A DNA stretch of 53,862 nt from a virus (Duplodnaviria > Caudoviricetes). Below the pieces are notes generated by a model, which searched no databases, was not told the DNA's origin, and saw nothing but the letters and a program-made list of their open reading frames with translations. The DNA lies in the IMG/VR virus record IMGVR_UViG_3300046425_000186, positions 1 to 53,862 of that record, one strand, 5' to 3'. Positions 9,120-19,009 of the stretch are shown here, piece after piece. The translations under genes were made by a program, and so were the position numbers. Each line of letters opens with the position of its first letter. The stretch's first letter is position 1.

Positions 9120-9554
9120 ATGTTAAAAAACTTAAGCTTAACAAACATGCTCTATGGAATTGGAGCTGCGATTGTTATTTTAGGAGCATTGTTTAAAATA
9201 CAACACTGGAATGGTGGCTCTTTATTATTAACAATAGGTATGGTAACAGAGGCGGTTGTATTTATTTATTCTGCTTTTGAAAAAAAGAAAAAAGAAATAG
9301 ATGAGTCACGCACAACTGATCCATACAATCCTAAAGCTATTATAGAGGCTCAAAAAGAATACGTTAAAGAAATTAAAGATGCTATTAAAAATATTTCTTT
9401 AATTAATGAAGTTCATAAAAATCAACTTAAACTTGTTAAAGGCTCAACTGATGCTTATAAAAAAATTAATACAGAAGCTAATTCTTTAGCTCAACACACT
9501 TATTTTATGAGTAAAACTTATTATTCAATATTAAAAGCAATGAAAAGCAAGTAA
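9120..9554 (+). CDS. gldL: Phage-encoded GldL/PorL homologue (T9SS/gliding motor inner-membrane subunit), shortened
   Basis: NMLYGIGAAIVILGALFKIQHW..LLTIGMVTEAVVFIYSAFE matches the GldL two-TM signature including the TM2 Glu; C-terminal YYSILKAM resembles the GldL YGxMLxAM end. Confidence 0.9.
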   Translation: MLKNLSLTNMLYGIGAAIVILGALFKIQHWNGGSLLLTIGMVTEAVVFIYSAFEKKKKEIDESRTTDPYNPKAIIEAQKEYVKEIKDAIKNISLINEVHKNQLKLVKGSTDAYKKINTEANSLAQHTYFMSKTYYSILKAMKSK

Positions 9555-9556
9555 CT

Positions 9557-9958
9557 ATGAAAAAAATTTGGCAATGGCTTACAGGTTCCGTCATAAAAGA
9601 AGTTGGCGAGGTTTTAGACAATCTTACAACAACTAAAGAGGAAAAGCTTGAAGCTCAGCGTCTTATTACAGAAATATTAGAAAAAGCCGACAAAGAAGCA
9701 CAAGAGCAAGTTACAGCAAGGTGGCAAGCGGATATGGCGTCAGATAGTAAACTATCTAAAAACATACGCCCTATGGTCTTAATATACCTAACAGTAATAT
9801 TTACAGCTTGTGCTTTTTTTCATGGTAATATAGGTGAATTTAAAATATCAGAAGAATATATACCAATATTCCAAACACTTCTAGTAACTGTTTATGGTGC
9901 TTATTTTGTTGGAAGAAGTTGGGAAAAAACAAAAAAAATAACAAACAAAAAAGATTAA
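9557..9958 (+). CDS. Holin (GTA 3TM-holin-like family)
   Basis: RWQADMASDSKLSKNIRP followed by two hydrophobic helices, YFVGRSWEK and a basic tail. Confidence 0.75.
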   Translation: MKKIWQWLTGSVIKEVGEVLDNLTTTKEEKLEAQRLITEILEKADKEAQEQVTARWQADMASDSKLSKNIRPMVLIYLTVIFTACAFFHGNIGEFKISEEYIPIFQTLLVTVYGAYFVGRSWEKTKKITNKKD

Positions 9959-9961
9959 ATA

Positions 9962-10267
9962 ATGGGACAATACGGAAATCAACCTGATTTTATAACTAAC
10001 GACATACAAACTGTAACACCAGTTGCCGCAGCTTCTTTAACTGCAGCAGATTCATTAAATGGATCAATTATATATGTAGGTACAAGCTCTAGCGCTGATC
10101 TTCAAGTTATACCTGCTGGATCTGTTGGATCTAGTGGTTCTGGTTTACCTGGTTTAGCTCAAGCAATTACGTTTAAAAATGTACCGCAAGGAGAGTGGTT
10201 TCCTGTGGTTGTTGACTACGTTTTGTCTAATGCTACAACAGCAACCGACTTGGTAGCAGGAAAATAA
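9962..10267 (+). CDS. Small Gly/Ser/Ala-rich protein, possibly structural
   Basis: 101-aa ORF with beta-rich-looking composition. Confidence 0.6.
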   Translation: MGQYGNQPDFITNDIQTVTPVAAASLTAADSLNGSIIYVGTSSSADLQVIPAGSVGSSGSGLPGLAQAITFKNVPQGEWFPVVVDYVLSNATTATDLVAGK

Positions 10268-10311
10268 AGTATAGAAAATCTATACGTTTTTAAATTAAAT
10301 TAAATTAAATT

Positions 10312-10560
10312 ATGGCTAAAAAAGTTAAAAAACTTAAAAAAGAAGAATTAGAATTGTTAAATAAGCAACAAGCAGATATAGGTGAAATGCTTAAAAGTCT
10401 TGGTATTTTAGATGTTCAAAAAATGAATTTACACTCTAGAGTGAAGATACTAAGTGACGAAATTGAATCTACTAAAAAAGATTTAGAAGATAAATATGGT
10501 TCTGTTAATATAGATTTATCAACAGGTGAAATAACTCCAATAGAAAAAGAAAATGCCTAG
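10312..10560 (+). CDS. Coiled-coil hypothetical protein
   Basis: 82 aa, heptad pattern ending YGSVNIDLSTGEI; (TAAAT)4 leader. Confidence 0.75.
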   Translation: MAKKVKKLKKEELELLNKQQADIGEMLKSLGILDVQKMNLHSRVKILSDEIESTKKDLEDKYGSVNIDLSTGEITPIEKENA

Positions 10561-10780
10561 TAATATAAGAAAAATTAGCATTGGTTCTGATTATAAAAAC
10601 GATGCAATGCATTATTCTGTTGGTCAAATAGTTTACGGTGGTCACGAAATATCACATATACTTTTAGATGAATTTGATAATTCTTATAATATACACATAA
10701 AAAAGAACAACGAGGTATTGCCATGGAAGAAGTTTAATTCTAACATGGCTATATCAGTTGAGTATGATTTAGAGTACTAA
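10553..10780 (+). CDS. Hypothetical protein
   Basis: 75 aa, overlaps both neighbours. Confidence 0.75.
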   Translation: MPSNIRKISIGSDYKNDAMHYSVGQIVYGGHEISHILLDEFDNSYNIHIKKNNEVLPWKKFNSNMAISVEYDLEY

Positions 10781-11385
10781 TGAAAAGTCTATATGATTTT
10801 ATTGTAAAACCTATAGGCGAAACTTACAACAATGAAATTAATATTGATAAAAAAAAATTAATATTAAATAGTAAGATTGAAAGTTGGAAGTTTGTAAACA
10901 GGTTTGCAGAAGTAGTAGAAATACCAAAAGCATTTAAAACACCTATAAAAAAAGGTGACACGGTCATTGTTCATCAAAATGTTTTTAGAACATTTTATGA
11001 TATGAAAGGTCGAAAAAAAAAATCAAGATCTTATTTTAAAGATAATTTATACTTTTGTTCAGTAGATCAAATTTATTTATATAAAAATAAAAATGGTTAT
11101 AATTCTTTTGGTGAAAGATGTTTTATACAACCTATAAAAAACAATGACTATTTAACTGCAGATAAAGAGCAAAAGCTTGTTGGTATATTAAAATACGGAA
11201 ATAAGTCCTTAGAGTCGCTAGAAATAAACGAGGGAGACATTGTGGGTTATACGCCTGACGGTGAATGGGAATTTTTAATTGAAAACAAGCGACTATATTG
11301 TATGAAATCAAATGATATTGTAATTAAATATGAATACAAAGGAGACGAAAAAGAATATAATCCAAGCTGGTCAAAAAGCAGTTGA
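10780..11385 (+). CDS. Hypothetical protein with two tandem GroES-like halves
   Basis: Half 1: FIVKP..AEVVEIP..IKKGDTVIV; half 2: CFIQP..GILKYG..INEGDIVGY..LYCMKSNDIV. Confidence 0.55.
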   Translation: MKSLYDFIVKPIGETYNNEINIDKKKLILNSKIESWKFVNRFAEVVEIPKAFKTPIKKGDTVIVHQNVFRTFYDMKGRKKKSRSYFKDNLYFCSVDQIYLYKNKNGYNSFGERCFIQPIKNNDYLTADKEQKLVGILKYGNKSLESLEINEGDIVGYTPDGEWEFLIENKRLYCMKSNDIVIKYEYKGDEKEYNPSWSKSS

Positions 11386-11605
11386 AGAATTAATTAAAGT
11401 AGCAAAAGAAGCTATTGTTGACTCAGATGACGACATATCAGCTGACAGACTTAAAAATGCCGCTGCTACTAAAAAACTAGCTATATTTGACGCTTTTGAA
11501 ATATTGAGTCGTATTGAAGAAGAAGAAAACTTGTTAAACGAAAAACCTAAAGAAGTTAAAGAAGAAAAAACTTTTAAGGGTTTTGCTGAAGGAAGATCTA
11601 AGTAA
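11330..11605 (+). CDS. Putative terminase small subunit
   Basis: 91-aa helical protein directly upstream of, and overlapping, terL; positional inference only. Confidence 0.5.
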   Translation: MNTKETKKNIIQAGQKAVEELIKVAKEAIVDSDDDISADRLKNAAATKKLAIFDAFEILSRIEEEENLLNEKPKEVKEEKTFKGFAEGRSK

Positions 11606-13815
11606 TGTACGAACAGAGTCTATATAAAGTTTTAAAAGATCATATAAAACCTAAAGTTCTTAAAAGAATGAATAGGTATAAAAAGTGGGAATATGGTTAT
11701 AATGAAGAACACGACATTGTAGTTATAAGTAAAGATGGTACTATTGGTGAGGTTTATGAAATACAAAATTTAAAAATTGCTTTACCTAAAGCTGATAATG
11801 TTTATTCTTTTGATTCTGACACATGGGAATATACTGAATACCCAAAAGAATTAAAAAAAATAAAATCAGTTTTTGATTGGGAAGAATATCCAATAGAATT
11901 TAAAGAAAAATGGTATGATTACATTGATAACGAATTTAATAAAAGAGAACAAGGGTTTTGGTTCTATAATAAGGGCTTGGCTACTTACATTACTGGTACT
12001 CACTTTATGTACTTGCAGTGGAGCAAAATTGACGTTGGGCAGCCAGACTTTAGGGAATCAAATAGATTATTCTACATTTTCTGGGAAGCTTGCAAAGCAG
12101 ACTCACGATGTTATGGAATGTGTTATCTTAAAAACAGACGTTCCGGATTTTCTTTTATGTCTTCAGCGGAAACCGTTAACATGGCGACAATTACGTCAGA
12201 TGCACGGTACGGTATCTTGTCTAAGTCTGGCCCCGATGCTAAGAAAATGTTCACAGACAAAGTCGTACCTATATCCGTCAACTACCCGTTCTTTTTTAAA
12301 CCCATCCAGGACGGTATGGACAGGCCCAAAACAGAACTTGCCTATAGAGTACCAGCGACAAAATACACAAGAAGAAAACTTGAAACAAACCAAAAGGTTC
12401 AAGAACTTGACGGGCTTGACACAACAATAGATTGGAAAAACACCGGTGATAACTCTTATGATGGTGAAAAACTAAAACTACTTGTACACGATGAAAGTGG
12501 TAAGTGGGAAAAACCTAATAACATATTAAACAACTGGAGAGTTACAAAAACCTGTTTAAGATTAGGTGGTAGAATTATAGGTAAATGCATGATGGGATCA
12601 ACATCAAATGCACTGGATAAAGGAGGTAGTAATTTTAAAAAACTATATAATGATTCAGACGTCAGAGAAAGAAACGCCAATGGAGAGACTCGCTCAGGAT
12701 TATATTCTTTGTTCATACCTATGGAATGGAACTACGAAGGCTACATTGATTCTTATGGCTTACCTGTCTTCGAAACTCCAAGTGAAAATACGAAAGGTCC
12801 GCATGGAAGAAAAATAAAAATAAGTGTACTAGAGTATTGGCAAAATGAAGTTGATGGATTAAAAAAAGATCAAGATGCTTTAAATGAGTTTTATAGACAA
12901 TTTCCAAGAACCGAACAACACGCTTTTAGAGATGAAGCAAAACAATCTTTATTTAATTTAACAAAGATATATGAGCAAATAGATTTTAATCAAGATTTTA
13001 AAAATGACCTGCTCGTTACAAAAGGATCTTTTCAATGGCAAAACGGAGTTAAAGATAGTAAAGTTTTATTTGTTCCTAATAAAAATGGAAGATTTAACAT
13101 ATCATGGGTACCTCCTGTAAGATTACAAAATATAGTAATAAATAAAAACGGAATTAAATATCCAGGTAATGAGCACATTGGTGCTTTTGGATGTGATCCA
13201 TATGATATATCTGGTACAGTAGACTCTAGAGGATCAAATGGTTCTCTACATGGTTTAACTAAATTTTCAATGGAAGACGCGCCTAATAGTATGTTTTTTT
13301 TAGAATACATAGCTAGACCTCAAACAGCTGAGATATTTTTTGAAGATGTACTTATGGCTTGTATATTTTATGGTATGCCAATATTAGCTGAAAATAACAA
13401 ACCAAGATTATTATATCATTTTAAAAGAAGAGGTTATAGAGGTTATTCTATGAACAGACCAGATAAGGTGTATATGAAATTGTCAGTTACAGAGAAAGAA
13501 ATAGGTGGTATACCTAATTCTAGTCAAGATATAAAACAAGCGCATGCCGCAGCTATAGAGTCTTATATAGAAACTTATGTAGGTAATTTAGGTGAAAAAT
13601 ACGGTGATATGTATTTTCAAAAAACATTAGAAGATTGGTCGAGATTTGATATAAACAACAGAACAAAACACGATGCTTCTATAAGTTCCGGTCTAGCAAT
13701 AATGGCTTGTAATAAAAACTTATACACACCTGTATTTAAAAGAAAAGTAGAGGTTAAAAATTTAGGTTTTAAAAAATACGATAATAAAGGATTTAGTTCA
13801 AAAATAATAAGATAA
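11605..13815 (+). CDS. terL: Terminase large subunit
   Basis: Walker A-like KNRRSGFS, Walker B LLVHDE, GST motif III, RNase H-like FGCDPY and HDASIS; precedes the portal gene. Confidence 0.92.
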   Translation: MYEQSLYKVLKDHIKPKVLKRMNRYKKWEYGYNEEHDIVVISKDGTIGEVYEIQNLKIALPKADNVYSFDSDTWEYTEYPKELKKIKSVFDWEEYPIEFKEKWYDYIDNEFNKREQGFWFYNKGLATYITGTHFMYLQWSKIDVGQPDFRESNRLFYIFWEACKADSRCYGMCYLKNRRSGFSFMSSAETVNMATITSDARYGILSKSGPDAKKMFTDKVVPISVNYPFFFKPIQDGMDRPKTELAYRVPATKYTRRKLETNQKVQELDGLDTTIDWKNTGDNSYDGEKLKLLVHDESGKWEKPNNILNNWRVTKTCLRLGGRIIGKCMMGSTSNALDKGGSNFKKLYNDSDVRERNANGETRSGLYSLFIPMEWNYEGYIDSYGLPVFETPSENTKGPHGRKIKISVLEYWQNEVDGLKKDQDALNEFYRQFPRTEQHAFRDEAKQSLFNLTKIYEQIDFNQDFKNDLLVTKGSFQWQNGVKDSKVLFVPNKNGRFNISWVPPVRLQNIVINKNGIKYPGNEHIGAFGCDPYDISGTVDSRGSNGSLHGLTKFSMEDAPNSMFFLEYIARPQTAEIFFEDVLMACIFYGMPILAENNKPRLLYHFKRRGYRGYSMNRPDKVYMKLSVTEKEIGGIPNSSQDIKQAHAAAIESYIETYVGNLGEKYGDMYFQKTLEDWSRFDINNRTKHDASISSGLAIMACNKNLYTPVFKRKVEVKNLGFKKYDNKGFSSKIIR

Positions 13816-16230
13816 ATGATTTACACTAATTACGCAGGTTCGTTTCCTAGTCAGGTTGTATCTGATGAAGAAAAGCAAAGTTATGATTATGGTTACGCCG
13901 TGGGTAGAGCTATTGAAGGGGAGTGGTTTTCTGGAGATAGAGGAGGTTTAGGTAATAGATATCAAAATAGTTGGTTAAACTTTCACAGATTAAGACTGTA
14001 TGCTAGAGGTGAACAACCTGTTCAAAAATATAAAGATGAATTAGCTGTCAATGGCGATTTATCTTACTTAAATTTAGACTGGAAACCTGTTCCAATAATA
14101 CCAAAATTTGTTGACATTATAGTTAACGGAATGTCACAAAAAATATTTGATATTAAAGCTTTTGCTCAAGATCCAGAATCTTTAAAGAAAAGAACTAAAT
14201 ACGCAGATGCTATAATGCGTGATATGTATGCTAAAGAAATAATTGAAGCTACAAATCAAGCCACTGGCATGAATTTTTTTAACACAAATGACACTGATAA
14301 TTTACCAGAAAACCAGCAAGAGTTAGATCTTCACATGCAATTAAGTTATAAGCAGTCTATAGAAATAGCAGAAGAAGAAGCTATTGAAAATGTTTTAGCT
14401 TATAATAAATACGACTTAGTAAAGAAAAGGTTAATACAAGATTTAGCTATAATTGGAATAGGGGCTGTCAAAACAGATTTTAATTTAGCAAATGGCGTTA
14501 CCGTTAACTATGTAGACCCTGCTAATTTGGTTTATTCCTATACAGAAGATCCTAATTTTGATGATATATATTATGCTGGAGAGGTTAAATCAATAAGTTT
14601 AGTTGAATTAAAAAAACAATTTCCTGGACTATCAGACGCTGAATTACAAAAAATTGAAAAATTTCCAGGTGATGCTAATTATACTAGAAATTTTTATGCA
14701 CAACAAGATTCTTATAATCAAGTACAAGTTTTGTATTTTGAATATAAGACATACAGTAATCAAATATTTAAAATAAAACAAACAGATCAAGGTCTTGAAA
14801 AAGCTTTAGAAAAACCAGACACTTTTAATCCTCAACCAAATGATAATTTTGAAAGAGTAGGTAGAAGTATAGAAGTATTATACACTGGCGCTAAAATACT
14901 AGGACACGAAATGATGTTAGAGTGGAAAATGTCAGAAAATATGACAAGACCAAATTCTAATTTAACAAAAGTTAACATGAATTATTCTATATGTGCACCG
15001 CGCATGTATAAAGGAATGATAGAGTCAACAGTTAGCAGAATAACAGGTTTTGCAGACATGATACAGTTAACTCATTTAAAACTACAACAGGTATTGTCTA
15101 GAATGGTTCCAGATGGCGTTTTTGTAGATGTAGATGGTTTAGCTGAGGTTGATTTAGGTAACGGAACAAATTATAACGCCTCTGAAGCTTTAAACATGTA
15201 TTTTCAAACTGGTTCTATAGTTGGAAGATCTATGACTCAAGACGGTGACTTAAACAGAGCTAAAGTACCTATTCAAGAACTTCAAACAAGTAGCGGTGGT
15301 GCTAAAATACAAAGTTTAATACAAACATATCAGTATTATCTTCAAATGATACGTGACGTGACTGGTTTAAACGAAGCTTCAGATGCTAGCACGCCTAGCA
15401 AAGACGCACTTGTAGGTTTACAAAAATTAGCTGCAGCAAATTCAAACACAGCACTAAGGCATGTTATGCAAGGTGGTTTATATTTAACCTTAAGAACTTG
15501 TGAAAACATAGCATTAAGAATAGCTGATGCTTTAGAATATCCACTAACTAGAGCCGCTTTAATAGACTCCATATCGTCATATAACACTGGTACATTAGAA
15601 GAGTTGCAAGAAAAAAATCTACAAGATTTTGGAATATTCTTAGAATTAGAACCAGACGAAGAAGCTAAAGCTCAATTAGAGCAAAATATACAAATAGCTC
15701 TACAGTCAGGTGGTATAGATTTAGATGATGCCATAGACATTAGACAGGTTAAAAACATAAAACTAGCAAACGCTTTGTTGAAACAAAAAAGAAAAGCTAA
15801 GGCTAGACAAGATCAAGCTAATCAACAAGCTAATATTCAAGCTCAAGCTCAGGCTAACGCTCAAGCTTCAGAAGCTGCTATAACAGCAGAAATGCAAAAA
15901 CAACAAGCTTTAGCTGAAACAACCATACAAATAGAAACTTCTAAAATGCAGCTTGAAATGAAAAAAATGCTTCAAGAAGCAGAAATAAAGAAAGGTTTAA
16001 TGGCTGAAGAGTTTAGTTATAATATGCAATTAGCTAGAATAAAATCTAGCGCTGAAACAACTAAAGAGCAAGAAATAGAAGATAGAAAAGATAATAGAAT
16101 AAAGATGCAAGGAACTCAAGAATCTAAGCTAATAAATCAAAGACAAAACAACACACTACCTCAAGATTTTGAATCAGCAGGGTTTGACAATTTAGGAGGT
16201 TTTGGATTAGAGCAATTTGATCCTAGATAA
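13816..16230 (+). CDS. Portal protein
   Basis: 804 aa between terL and scaffold/capsid; IRDVTGLNE segment and a Q/A-rich C-terminal coiled coil typical of podovirus portals. Confidence 0.85.
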   Translation: MIYTNYAGSFPSQVVSDEEKQSYDYGYAVGRAIEGEWFSGDRGGLGNRYQNSWLNFHRLRLYARGEQPVQKYKDELAVNGDLSYLNLDWKPVPIIPKFVDIIVNGMSQKIFDIKAFAQDPESLKKRTKYADAIMRDMYAKEIIEATNQATGMNFFNTNDTDNLPENQQELDLHMQLSYKQSIEIAEEEAIENVLAYNKYDLVKKRLIQDLAIIGIGAVKTDFNLANGVTVNYVDPANLVYSYTEDPNFDDIYYAGEVKSISLVELKKQFPGLSDAELQKIEKFPGDANYTRNFYAQQDSYNQVQVLYFEYKTYSNQIFKIKQTDQGLEKALEKPDTFNPQPNDNFERVGRSIEVLYTGAKILGHEMMLEWKMSENMTRPNSNLTKVNMNYSICAPRMYKGMIESTVSRITGFADMIQLTHLKLQQVLSRMVPDGVFVDVDGLAEVDLGNGTNYNASEALNMYFQTGSIVGRSMTQDGDLNRAKVPIQELQTSSGGAKIQSLIQTYQYYLQMIRDVTGLNEASDASTPSKDALVGLQKLAAANSNTALRHVMQGGLYLTLRTCENIALRIADALEYPLTRAALIDSISSYNTGTLEELQEKNLQDFGIFLELEPDEEAKAQLEQNIQIALQSGGIDLDDAIDIRQVKNIKLANALLKQKRKAKARQDQANQQANIQAQAQANAQASEAAITAEMQKQQALAETTIQIETSKMQLEMKKMLQEAEIKKGLMAEEFSYNMQLARIKSSAETTKEQEIEDRKDNRIKMQGTQESKLINQRQNNTLPQDFESAGFDNLGGFGLEQFDPR

Positions 16231-16263
16231 AAACAATTATCAATTTTTTAATTATATTATATT

Positions 16264-17472
16264 ATGTCAGAAGAAACAAAAACAAATGAACCTGTTAAAC
16301 AGGAAGGTGACTTTAAATTAAAACAAAAAAGAAAAACACCTAAAAAATTATCAGCCCCAGAAGAAACAATAAAAATGGATTTTGCGGCTGTTGCTAAAAA
16401 AGAAGAACCAGTAAAGGTTGATTTAAGTAAAGTAAAAAAAGAAGAAGATGCCGTTCAAAAGCAAGAAACAGAGAGCAGCGTGCTACGCGAAGAAGGATCC
16501 GAGGTGGGATTGCAAGAAGTGGGACAAGGAAACGAAAAGCCCATTGAAAGTCCTATTGAAGAAGTGCAGAAAGTAGAAGAAGAAACAAAAAAAGCTGAAC
16601 AAGAAGTAAAAGAAGCAATAAGAGATGAAAAGGTGTTAGGAAAAAAACTACCTGAAAACATTGAAAAATTAGTTTCTTTTATGGAAGAAATGCCAGGTGC
16701 TACTATCGAAGATTATGTTAGATTAAATGCTAATTATGAAAACATAGATAATAACACTTTACTTAGAGAATATTACAGAAATACTCGTCCACATTTAGAA
16801 TACGAAGAAGTTAATTTCTTGTTAGAAGATAATTTTTCATATGATGAAGAGTTGGACGATGAAAAAGATGTTAGAAAAAAGAAACTAGCATATAAAGAAG
16901 AAATTGGAAAAGCTAAAAGCTTTTTAGAAGGTTTGAAAAATAAATATTATGATGAGATCAAGTTGAAATCATCATTTAATGAAGACCAACAAAAAGCAAT
17001 TGACTTTTTTAATAGATATAATGAAGATCAAAAAATGGTGACTCAGCAGCGTCAAGCTTTTGAAAAAGTAACTAAAGATACTTTTAATGAAAATTTCGAA
17101 GGTTTCGATTTTAATTTAGGAGACAAAAACTTTAGATATGGAGTAAAAAATCCTGATGATGTTGTTAAAAACCAATTAGACATTACTGATTTTGTTAAGA
17201 CGTTCTTAAACGAAAACAATGAGCTAATTAATCCAAAAGGTTACCATAAAGCCATGTATGCTGCTAGAAACGCAGATACTATAGCTAAACATTTTTATGA
17301 ACAAGGCAAAGCTGACGCTGTAAAAGACGTTATAGCTAAGTCTAAAAACATATCTAATGAACCTAGAAAAGAAGGGGTAAATGGAAATGTTTTTGTAAAC
17401 GGATTAAAAGTTAAAGCTATAAGTGGCGCTGATTCTTCAAAACTTAAAATAAGAAGAAAAAAATTTAACTAA
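16264..17472 (+). CDS. Putative capsid scaffolding protein
   Basis: Glu-rich, helical, 402 aa, located between portal and major capsid genes. Confidence 0.65.
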   Translation: MSEETKTNEPVKQEGDFKLKQKRKTPKKLSAPEETIKMDFAAVAKKEEPVKVDLSKVKKEEDAVQKQETESSVLREEGSEVGLQEVGQGNEKPIESPIEEVQKVEEETKKAEQEVKEAIRDEKVLGKKLPENIEKLVSFMEEMPGATIEDYVRLNANYENIDNNTLLREYYRNTRPHLEYEEVNFLLEDNFSYDEELDDEKDVRKKKLAYKEEIGKAKSFLEGLKNKYYDEIKLKSSFNEDQQKAIDFFNRYNEDQKMVTQQRQAFEKVTKDTFNENFEGFDFNLGDKNFRYGVKNPDDVVKNQLDITDFVKTFLNENNELINPKGYHKAMYAARNADTIAKHFYEQGKADAVKDVIAKSKNISNEPRKEGVNGNVFVNGLKVKAISGADSSKLKIRRKKFN

Positions 17473-17487
17473 AAAAATTAAAAAATT

Positions 17488-18933
17488 ATGAGTTTACAAC
17501 CTCAATTTGGGAGCTTAATCCCATCTCAAAAACAAGAAGTGCTCAACAGCAACTATTTACAGTGGACTGACAAAGCGGGTGCTAACTTCGTGGATTTTGC
17601 ACAACAATATCTACCTGAAGTATACGAACAAGAAGTAGAGCGTTACGGAAACCGTACGTTATCTGGATTCTTACGAATGGTTGGCGCTGAAATGCCAATG
17701 ACATCTGATCAAGTTATCTGGTCTGAGCAAAACAGATTACATATTGCTTATGAAGACTTAACTCCTGCTTATGGAGCTAGCAATGTTATCAATTTTACTG
17801 GAACTCCTGCTGACGTAATTAACGTTATTTCTGTTGGTGCAACAGTTGTAGTTTTAGATAATTTTGGAAACGAAGCAAAATGTTATGTTAGTGCTACTGT
17901 ACCTGGTGGAGCTGGTGTTGGACAAATTACAGCACTACCTTATACTGCCGCTACTTTAGCTGCTGCTGGATTAACTGGTACTGTAAAGGTATTTGTATAT
18001 GGTTCTGAATATGTAAAAGGATCTACTACACCTAACTACAACGCTGCTAATCAAACAGATGGATATATTAGTGTTGATCCTCAGTTTACTCAATATCATA
18101 ATTCACCAATCATAATCAGAAACAAATACGTTGTAAACGGTTCTGATATGGCTCAAATTGGTTGGGTTGAAGTTGCTACTGAAGATGGAACATCTGGATA
18201 TTTATGGTACTTAAAAGCTGAGTCTGAAACAAGACTACGTTTTGAAGATTACCTAGAAATGTCATTAGTTGAAGGTGAAAAAGTAGACACAAATAGCTCT
18301 GCTATTACTGGCATAGCTGGTACTCAAGGTCTTTTCGCTGCAATCGAAGAAAGAGGTAACGTAAACACTGGTTTTACTGCTGCTGCTGGAATTGATTCTT
18401 TCGACGCTATCCTTAAAAACCTAGATACTCAAGGGGCTATTGAAGAAAACATGTTATTCTTACAAAGACAAACTGCTTTGGATTTTGATGACATGCTATC
18501 TGCAATCTCTGGAGGTGCTCAAGGCGGTACTGCTTATGGATTATTTGAAAACTCTGAAGATATGGCTTTAAATCTTGGATTTAGCGGTTTCCGTAGAGGA
18601 TCTTATGATTTCTATAAAACAGACTGGAAATACTTAAATGATGCTTCAACTCGTGGTGCTCTTACAGGACCATCTTCAATTGAAGGTGTTTTAATTCCTG
18701 CTGGAACATCAACTGTTTATGATCAAATCTTAGGAACTAATATCCGTCGTCCATTCTTGCACGTACGATACAGAGCTTCTCAAGGAGATGATAGACGTAT
18801 GAAGTCGTGGTTAACTGGTTCTGCTGGTGGAGCTTTTACATCTGATTTAGATGCTATGGAAGTAAACTTCCTATCTGAAAGATGTTTAGTAACACAAGCT
18901 GCTAACAACTTCGTATTATTTAAAGGATTATAA
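17488..18933 (+). CDS. Major capsid protein
   Basis: 481 aa after the scaffold gene; codon bias of a highly expressed gene; GLFAAI..G segment; strong terminator downstream. Confidence 0.85.
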   Translation: MSLQPQFGSLIPSQKQEVLNSNYLQWTDKAGANFVDFAQQYLPEVYEQEVERYGNRTLSGFLRMVGAEMPMTSDQVIWSEQNRLHIAYEDLTPAYGASNVINFTGTPADVINVISVGATVVVLDNFGNEAKCYVSATVPGGAGVGQITALPYTAATLAAAGLTGTVKVFVYGSEYVKGSTTPNYNAANQTDGYISVDPQFTQYHNSPIIIRNKYVVNGSDMAQIGWVEVATEDGTSGYLWYLKAESETRLRFEDYLEMSLVEGEKVDTNSSAITGIAGTQGLFAAIEERGNVNTGFTAAAGIDSFDAILKNLDTQGAIEENMLFLQRQTALDFDDMLSAISGGAQGGTAYGLFENSEDMALNLGFSGFRRGSYDFYKTDWKYLNDASTRGALTGPSSIEGVLIPAGTSTVYDQILGTNIRRPFLHVRYRASQGDDRRMKSWLTGSAGGAFTSDLDAMEVNFLSERCLVTQAANNFVLFKGL

Positions 18934-18941
18934 AAAATCCT

Positions 18942-18987
18942 GTAAGTTTTACCCTTGATGAATCTTCAAGGGTAATTCTTACTTTTT
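18942..18987 (+). terminator. Intrinsic terminator after the capsid gene
   Basis: GTAAG-tt-TTACCCTTGA-loop-TCAAGGGTAA-tt-CTTAC followed by TTTTT. Confidence 0.85.
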
Positions 18988-19009
18988 AACTATTTAATTA
19001 TATTATATT

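Noticed and set aside
10269-10290. Perfect hairpin GTATAGA-aaa-TCTATAC followed by Ts
   Set aside because: The stem is AT-rich and weak; it could be a terminator but is not supportable from sequence alone.
11915-12817. Alternative-frame + ORFs within terL (171 aa and 69 aa), the first with a signal-peptide/lipobox-like start
   Set aside because: They are fully nested in a conserved terminase ATPase region. A nested spanin-like lipoprotein cannot be excluded, but the gene is far from the endolysin and has no supporting signals.
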